This document shows, piece after piece, positions 58,399 to 64,000 of a stretch of 64,000 nt of DNA. Where the stretch lies: IMG/VR virus record IMGVR_UViG_3300014499_000004, positions 3,761 through 67,760 of that record; one strand, given 5' to 3'. How positions within the stretch are numbered: the first letter of the stretch is position 1; each line of letters begins with the position of its first letter. The notes beneath the pieces were generated by a model. That model worked only from the letters and a program-made list of their open reading frames with translations. It searched no databases and was not told where the DNA came from. Origin of the DNA: a virus. Made by a program: the position numbers and the translations under genes.

Positions 58399-58426
58399 TG
58401 TCCTAAGCAAGATAGTAAAAGGCTTA
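58399..58426 (+). ncRNA. pseudoknot family A
   Basis: TGTC-CTAAGCAA-GATA-GTAAAAG-GCTTA. Confidence 0.6.
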
Positions 58427-58452
58427 TTCGTTCGTATAAAGGAGGTCGTAAA

Positions 58453-58671
58453 ATGAGTTATACATCAAAAGACGAAAATTTACTTTGTACTTGTGGTCAT
58501 ACACTGATCGATCATCACATCTCTTATTTGATGGGCGGGTCAGTATGGGTTGAAGAGTGTGAATTTTATGGTTTTAATGAAAGTAGTGGAATGAAACAAG
58601 ATGAAAATGGTCAATGGATAGTTCACTGTATGAAATTTACCCCAGTTAAGGAAAAAATAAATGGAAATTAA
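58453..58671 (+). CDS. hypothetical Cys/His protein
   Basis: AAGGAGG RBS; CTCGH. Confidence 0.65.
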   Translation: MSYTSKDENLLCTCGHTLIDHHISYLMGGSVWVEECEFYGFNESSGMKQDENGQWIVHCMKFTPVKEKINGN

Positions 58672-58945
58672 AGTAGGTGAAGGAGTTTGGGAACAAATAG
58701 ATGAAGATAACTATAAGTTAGTTAGTTTAACTGGTGTTCCTACAATTCTTCCTAGAATTACTTATTATGTAGGTATTAAAAAAATATTTGATTGTCATGT
58801 AGCAGGAGTATCATACTGTGATAAGGCATTTTTTTATGAGCCTATTACTCAAACCTGTAAAACATTTGCAGGGGCTGCAACATGGGCTCAAGAGAAACTA
58901 TTAGAAATAGTTAATAGATATGAGAAGGTATTAGGAAATGGCTAG
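58661..58945 (+). CDS. hypothetical protein
   Basis: 94 aa. Confidence 0.65.
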   Translation: MEIKVGEGVWEQIDEDNYKLVSLTGVPTILPRITYYVGIKKIFDCHVAGVSYCDKAFFYEPITQTCKTFAGAATWAQEKLLEIVNRYEKVLGNG

Positions 58946-59100
58946 AACCCACAAACAAATTCGTGAGTATATTAAAGCGCAACGTACTAAAGTATATGAA
59001 AAGTATTCTGGTGCTGCATATGAGGATTCAGATTGGTGGCATCAGCAGGGTAGTATATATGGTTACGAAGAAGCTCTAGATGATTTAGAACTATTTTTGG

Positions 59101-59316
59101 ATGGTAAATAATATGACACTCTATAAAGTAACTGTTACTAAAACAGTTGAAGCAACTAGTGGTAGCCCTACATGGCGTGAAGGAACTGCTGAATACTATG
59201 TAGAAGAAGAAATTAAAACCTATGGGTTTAATCACTGTGAAGTAACAGTTGAAGAGGTAACTGATTCTTTTAAAGATGAAGCACTATCTATGGATCGAAA
59301 TGAGGAGAAGGATTAA
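59101..59316 (+). CDS. hypothetical protein
   Basis: 71 aa. Confidence 0.55.
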   Translation: MVNNMTLYKVTVTKTVEATSGSPTWREGTAEYYVEEEIKTYGFNHCEVTVEEVTDSFKDEALSMDRNEEKD

Positions 59317-59538
59317 TGAAGAAATTTGTAGCAAACAGTCGAACTCTTTCAATGGAAGATCCAATTAGAATAGATTTAACTGTAAGTGGAATTAATAGAC
59401 TTCCTCGTAAGATTAAGAAGAAAATTAAGTCGATGGTTAAAAGAGTATCTACAGTTGAACTACTAAGCTATATAGTTGGTAATGAAGATGATTAAAGATC
59501 TTAAAGTAGGAGATAAGGTATGGTTAAAAGGAAAATAA

Positions 59539-59772
59539 ATGAGAAAGTATCATGTAGGTGATGAAGTAGTTATATGGACTGATCCTGGGTCATATAACTA
59601 TGGTAGAAAATTTAAGATAACTAATGCATATTTTCAAATGGTCGATCCATCTAATCCTAAATTAGATAAATTTAGTTATACCATTCAAGATGGTATAACA
59701 ATTTTACATCGAGATGAAAAAGATTTATATTGGATTCCCTCAAATACTATTGATAGACCAAAAGGAAAGTAA
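59539..59772 (+). CDS. hypothetical protein, SH3-like start
   Basis: KYHVGDEV. Confidence 0.6.
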   Translation: MRKYHVGDEVVIWTDPGSYNYGRKFKITNAYFQMVDPSNPKLDKFSYTIQDGITILHRDEKDLYWIPSNTIDRPKGK

Positions 59773-59999
59773 TGGATGAAGAAACACTTGAAGCAATTAA
59801 ACAAAAGTATGAATTAAGTGTTATTACTGCTTCTTTAGCAGCAATAACACGATATGAAAAACAGAAACTATTAGAATCAGCAACTTTTGATTTTGACAAA
59901 TCCAAAAGAGATCATTCTCACGCAGTAGACGATATTAATAAAAATCGTAAAGAATATGAAAATGCTTTGTACGAATTTTGGGAGATAAATAATGAATGA
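59772..59999 (+). CDS. hypothetical protein
   Basis: 75 aa. Confidence 0.6.
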   Translation: MDEETLEAIKQKYELSVITASLAAITRYEKQKLLESATFDFDKSKRDHSHAVDDINKNRKEYENALYEFWEINNE

Positions 60000-60369
60000 A
60001 GAAATGTGGATTAAGTGCACTAAGTGCGGTGTTTCTATTCCTCCTGAGTTTGAACCAGAATTTACACGAAGACTGGGAGATGAAAAACAATTTGAACAAA
60101 TTAAAGATGGTGTAAAATTAATCTTTAGCGTTGGTTATGGAATGTTTACTGATAATCTTACTCAAAGTGATCCAGTCGCATTTTTGTGTCATGACTGTGT
60201 AGTGGAACTACTGGAGTTCTTTCCAGAATCATTTAAAAATAGATTCAAGAGAGGACATCCTTATAGTCATAAACCTAATGGTAGATGCTGTGAGTATGCC
60301 TGGAGTTTTAAAGACGAAGAATGCGACTATATCCCTACTGATGAAGATCGAGGAATAACAAATGAGTAA
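59992..60369 (+). CDS. zinc-binding hypothetical protein
   Basis: CTKCG...GYGMFTD...LCHDC. Confidence 0.7.
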   Translation: MNEEMWIKCTKCGVSIPPEFEPEFTRRLGDEKQFEQIKDGVKLIFSVGYGMFTDNLTQSDPVAFLCHDCVVELLEFFPESFKNRFKRGHPYSHKPNGRCCEYAWSFKDEECDYIPTDEDRGITNE

Positions 60370-60586
60370 ATATTATCATGGAGATCAAATGAGTAAGTAT
60401 TATCATTGTGCAGTTTGTGAACAAATCATTCCCAAGGAAGACATTGTTCATATTCAGAATACACGAAGTTCAACAAGAGCATGGAAAGAATGCCCAACAT
60501 GTGGATCAAAAGTGTTACCAGTATCTAATGATAACTTCGATGTACAAGAGATGGTTGAGTTTCAATTTCATAAGGCTTTACAATAA
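60362..60586 (+). CDS. zinc-ribbon protein
   Basis: CAVC...CPTCGS; duplicated MSKYYH start. Confidence 0.65.
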   Translation: MSKYYHGDQMSKYYHCAVCEQIIPKEDIVHIQNTRSSTRAWKECPTCGSKVLPVSNDNFDVQEMVEFQFHKALQ

Positions 60587-60594
60587 AAGATTAA

Positions 60595-60640
60595 ACCCCA
60601 CACGGTGCAGTGTTTGAGCGTTCGACTCGCTCATGGGGTA
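60595..60640 (+). ncRNA. top-half tRNA mimic (family B)
   Basis: ACCCCA CACGGTGCAGTGTTT GAGCG TTCGACT CGCTC ATGGGGT A. Confidence 0.75.
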
Positions 60641-60701
60641 CTAAAAAAAAATAATTTGTTGTCTCGAAGGAGGTGACAAACACCTCGAACACTGGTAGGA
60701 T

Positions 60702-62573
60702 ATGGTCATGCCTATTACTATCTTTGTCGAGGAGTCCCGTCAACTCAATGGTGTCCTTCGTTTTTCTTCGGACAGTCTTGGACTAACGGGAGAGCCTTTT
60801 AGCCAATATATTGACGGTGTGTTCGCCCTTAAACACTATGGGGATGCCAAACCTCTAAACGATTTGTTTGTTGCTGCCGGAGCTGAACTAAAGTTTCTTA
60901 GTGCGGGTGCTGAGCGTTTTTGGAATGTGTTATTGAACCTCGATGATGAGTTCATAGTGTCATGTCCGTTCACTCAGACTAAACAGTTGCATCCCTTCCA
61001 AAGTGCTGGTCTCAATGTTATTTGGGACTGTATGACTGAGGGTGACAGAAGATTTATTCTTCAATGGGACACTGGAGCAGGTAAAACAGTGGCTGGCTCT
61101 TTGATTGCTCAAAAATTATTTGATGAGGGTCTCATCGATAAAGTCTTAGTCTTTTGTGACAAAGTTAAAATCGATGACTGGGAAGAAGACATGAGGAGAG
61201 ACACTTTCTTGAAGGTCGAAAAAGTTTCTGAAAAGTTCACCCGGATTAAGCGTCATAATTTTTATTTGGCCGACACTTCAGACGTCCTGGTAATGAACTA
61301 CGAGAAAGTTCGTGGACCCTCTAAGAAGCGTGGGCAAAAGGTTCCTAACTTCAGTCGAACTGACCTCAAAGAAATTGCTGCTCTTATCAATGGCAAAAGA
61401 ACACTAATAATCATTGATGAGGCCCAAAAGATCAATACTGATAAGAATCTATTAAGAGCTGGATTTGATTATATTATTAATCAACATTCAGATATGAGAG
61501 TACTAGCTTTAACAGCAACTCCATATACAATTTCTCCAGTTAATATATTTAATATTCTGGATATTCTGTCACCTCATCTAAATGGTATAACTACATTTAC
61601 CAGAGATCAATTCAAGCGTGAATACGCCAAAGATTATTTTGTTATGTCGTATGGACCTTGGGTTAATGAACTAAAGGTTCGTGAATGGGACCGCAAAAAA
61701 TTACGCTTACTTGGTAAGGCCCATGAAAGGTCTACTCATATTGCTATGAAGTCAGACCCCTTAATTGCCAAGCAGTTTCCTGAATCAATTCAAAAGAAAC
61801 TTATCTTTGATCTAAGCGAAGAAGATAAGATTATCTACAAGTACGTTCTTCGGATGGCTCAAGATAGATATGATACTGAAATTGGTGCTGTTCAATGGGG
61901 CTATGTAGATATTCTACGCAAAATCTGTAATACTTCTAATTCTTTACTATTTAGTAATTCAGAGATAGCTAAAGAAGTAGTTAAACACTTTGGCCCTGAT
62001 GCATTTCAAATTGAGAACTCTAATAAGTATCAATTATATGAAAAAGAGTTAGAAGGAATATTCGAGAACAACGAAAAGGCTGTTATGTTCACTCGTTGGA
62101 CTAACCAAACTCTGTTCTTATATGAGGATGCCCTAAAGAAAACTTTTGGTGCAGAAGTACCAATCATTACTCACTGGGGAACTGGTTTAAGTAACACTGA
62201 GAAGAAACTTCGTAGAGACAACTTTAATAATATTAAAGGTCCAGCTTTGTTCTTAACGAGTGATGCTGGAGAGAGGGGCCTCAATTTATATGCTCCCTAT
62301 CTCTATCACATAGAACTGCCTCGACAGTATAGTACGTTTAAACAGCGTTCTGAAAGAATTAATAGAGCTGATTCTATATCTAAAGGTATTAGTACAACAT
62401 GGACTTATTGGACTACTGCAAAAAATACAGTAGAAGAAAAAGTAGAACAAAAAGTAATTCTTAGAAAGCAAGAAGCCGAAGCTATTCGTGGTCAACGAGA
62501 CTCCGAAGAAGATATGGAAGATGCTGAAGAGATCTATTTAAGTCCTAAAGACTTTCTGTTTGACAAGGAGTAA
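60702..62573 (+). CDS. SF2 (SNF2-like) helicase
   Basis: LHPFQ, DTGAGKT, IIDEAQ, LTATP, SDAGERGLNL, QRSERINR. Confidence 0.9.
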   Translation: MVMPITIFVEESRQLNGVLRFSSDSLGLTGEPFSQYIDGVFALKHYGDAKPLNDLFVAAGAELKFLSAGAERFWNVLLNLDDEFIVSCPFTQTKQLHPFQSAGLNVIWDCMTEGDRRFILQWDTGAGKTVAGSLIAQKLFDEGLIDKVLVFCDKVKIDDWEEDMRRDTFLKVEKVSEKFTRIKRHNFYLADTSDVLVMNYEKVRGPSKKRGQKVPNFSRTDLKEIAALINGKRTLIIIDEAQKINTDKNLLRAGFDYIINQHSDMRVLALTATPYTISPVNIFNILDILSPHLNGITTFTRDQFKREYAKDYFVMSYGPWVNELKVREWDRKKLRLLGKAHERSTHIAMKSDPLIAKQFPESIQKKLIFDLSEEDKIIYKYVLRMAQDRYDTEIGAVQWGYVDILRKICNTSNSLLFSNSEIAKEVVKHFGPDAFQIENSNKYQLYEKELEGIFENNEKAVMFTRWTNQTLFLYEDALKKTFGAEVPIITHWGTGLSNTEKKLRRDNFNNIKGPALFLTSDAGERGLNLYAPYLYHIELPRQYSTFKQRSERINRADSISKGISTTWTYWTTAKNTVEEKVEQKVILRKQEAEAIRGQRDSEEDMEDAEEIYLSPKDFLFDKE

Positions 62574-62581
62574 ATAAATAT

Positions 62582-63043
62582 ATGGCTAAAACAGAGCAGG
62601 AAAAACGTGAATCGAATCGTATAGCCGCAAAAAAGTGGAGAGATGCTCATCCTGAAAGATCTCGTGAAATTTCTCAAAAATATTGGGAAAAGAACAAAGT
62701 TAAATTACATACCAAAAATAAAAAATGGACATCAGAAAACCCTGAAAAAAGACGAGAAATAGATAAAAATTTTTACGCGAGAAATCGCCAGAAGAGGAAT
62801 GATTCCGCTAAAGAATATAAACGTAAGAAACTTGTTGCATTGGCTGGACGCGAGCGACCGACCATTTGTGAAGTGTGTAATATGGAATCAGAAAAAACTC
62901 TTCACTTTGATCATAATCACGAGACAGGAGAATTTCGAGGATGGATATGCGGTCCTTGTAATCGTGCTATTGGCATAGTAAAAGAAAATCCAGATACACT
63001 TCGAGCTTTAGCAGATTATCTTGAACAATCAAGAAATCAATAA
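62582..63043 (+). CDS. endonuclease VII-family nuclease
   Basis: CEVC...FDHNHETGEFRGWICGPCNRAIG. Confidence 0.85.
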   Translation: MAKTEQEKRESNRIAAKKWRDAHPERSREISQKYWEKNKVKLHTKNKKWTSENPEKRREIDKNFYARNRQKRNDSAKEYKRKKLVALAGRERPTICEVCNMESEKTLHFDHNHETGEFRGWICGPCNRAIGIVKENPDTLRALADYLEQSRNQ

Positions 63044-63072
63044 ATAAAATAGAAAGAGAGGAAATAAATACA

Positions 63073-63345
63073 ATGAACACACCAACACCAGAATTAGACT
63101 ATCAATCACTTATAATTGAAAGTGGACAACCTGAACTATTGGCCAAGTTTTATGATTGGCTCAGGGATAAAAACTATTATCTGTGTTCTTTTGAAGAGGG
63201 AAATGTTTGGGATGATACTACTAGTGGATATTATCCACTTTCGATACCACCTGAACAACTCTTCGCTGACTTCTTTGGTATCGACTTAAATAAAATCGAA
63301 ACTGAACGACGAGCAATTCTAAAAGAATTGAGGAATCGACAATGA
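63073..63345 (+). CDS. hypothetical protein
   Basis: FFGIDLNKIETERRAIL. Confidence 0.7.
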   Translation: MNTPTPELDYQSLIIESGQPELLAKFYDWLRDKNYYLCSFEEGNVWDDTTSGYYPLSIPPEQLFADFFGIDLNKIETERRAILKELRNRQ

Positions 63346-63998
63346 GTGACAACTATCGTAATACCCCATATGACGGTATGGAAGAACAAACAATGAGTGA
63401 TAAAAATACGCCTCCATTCAATAATGGTGATATAGTTCGTTATATAACCTCAACTTTAATTGGTGAAGAAAGAACCGTTAGTTATTGTAGATATACTAGT
63501 GCTTTTTTAATTGGTGAAGAAAGAACCGTTAGTTATAGTAGATATACTAGTGCTTTCAAATGGAGAGTGTATTTTAATGGTGATTCTTTTGACTGGTCCG
63601 ACAATCTTGAATTAGTTCGACCAGCTTTAGGATCGTCAATGCCAGCATCATTAAAAGTTGATAATTGGCCTATGGGCTATTGTGATAATGGATTTGGACA
63701 TGAAGGTGAGCATCCATTATATACCAGTAGTGATAATGGCTGCAAAAACTTTATTACTTCTGAACGACTATTAGAAATAAAAGAATTATTTGATCTTACT
63801 GAAGAACGTGATGAAGCTCTCGCACAAATTGAAAATATTGATTATGTAAAAAGAGATATATGCAATCAAATTGCTGACCGTTTAATTGAGTTAGCACCAA
63901 AATGGAAAGATAGTAAAGGAAATGAAGCAATTTTAAATATTACAGGTCATATCCGATTATTCCATATTAGTTCATATTACAAACCTTTGGAGAAATAA
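63342..63998 (+). CDS. hypothetical protein with internal 17-aa duplication
   Basis: LIGEERTVSYxRYTSAF x2. Confidence 0.7.
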   Translation: MSDNYRNTPYDGMEEQTMSDKNTPPFNNGDIVRYITSTLIGEERTVSYCRYTSAFLIGEERTVSYSRYTSAFKWRVYFNGDSFDWSDNLELVRPALGSSMPASLKVDNWPMGYCDNGFGHEGEHPLYTSSDNGCKNFITSERLLEIKELFDLTEERDEALAQIENIDYVKRDICNQIADRLIELAPKWKDSKGNEAILNITGHIRLFHISSYYKPLEK

Positions 63999-64000
63999 TG

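Noticed and set aside
42495-60640. Family B elements as decayed tRNA genes, attP sites or intrinsic terminators
   Set aside because: Copies consistently lack the same arms yet keep compensatory pairing and the 12-nt geometry; there are no U-tracts and no integrase in the window; a tRNA ancestry is still possible

Overview
A 64-kb segment of a large, AT-rich tailed phage genome. Its prohead protease, portal and head-protein style resembles the large actinobacterial myophages of the Bxz1/Myrna type, and several leaderless sigma70-type promoters also suggest an actinobacterial host (inference). The left arm (1-38.5 kb, minus strand) carries a partial prohead protease, a portal-like protein with two LAGLIDADG inteins, many low-complexity putative head/internal proteins, and methyltransferases. 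It also has a deaminase, thioredoxin, peptidases, a phosphoesterase, nucleotide-metabolism genes, HNH and PD-(D/E)XK endonucleases, a GH114 hydrolase and a sortase-signal Thr-rich protein. Transcription diverges at ~38.5-39.1 kb over an AT-rich repeat region. The right arm (plus strand) is an early-type region of small ORFs, an AAA ATPase, an SF2 helicase and an EndoVII nuclease. Its intergenic gaps contain three dispersed families of structured RNA, each with visible covariation: about 10 anticodon-less top-half tRNA mimics (acceptor stem plus T-arm), about 14 small H-type pseudoknots and 4 larger pseudoknots with inserted helices. There are also three real tRNAs (Met, Asn, Arg) and several larger candidate ncRNAs. 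This intergenic RNA set is the most unusual feature; all functional calls come from manual motif reading without database searches.
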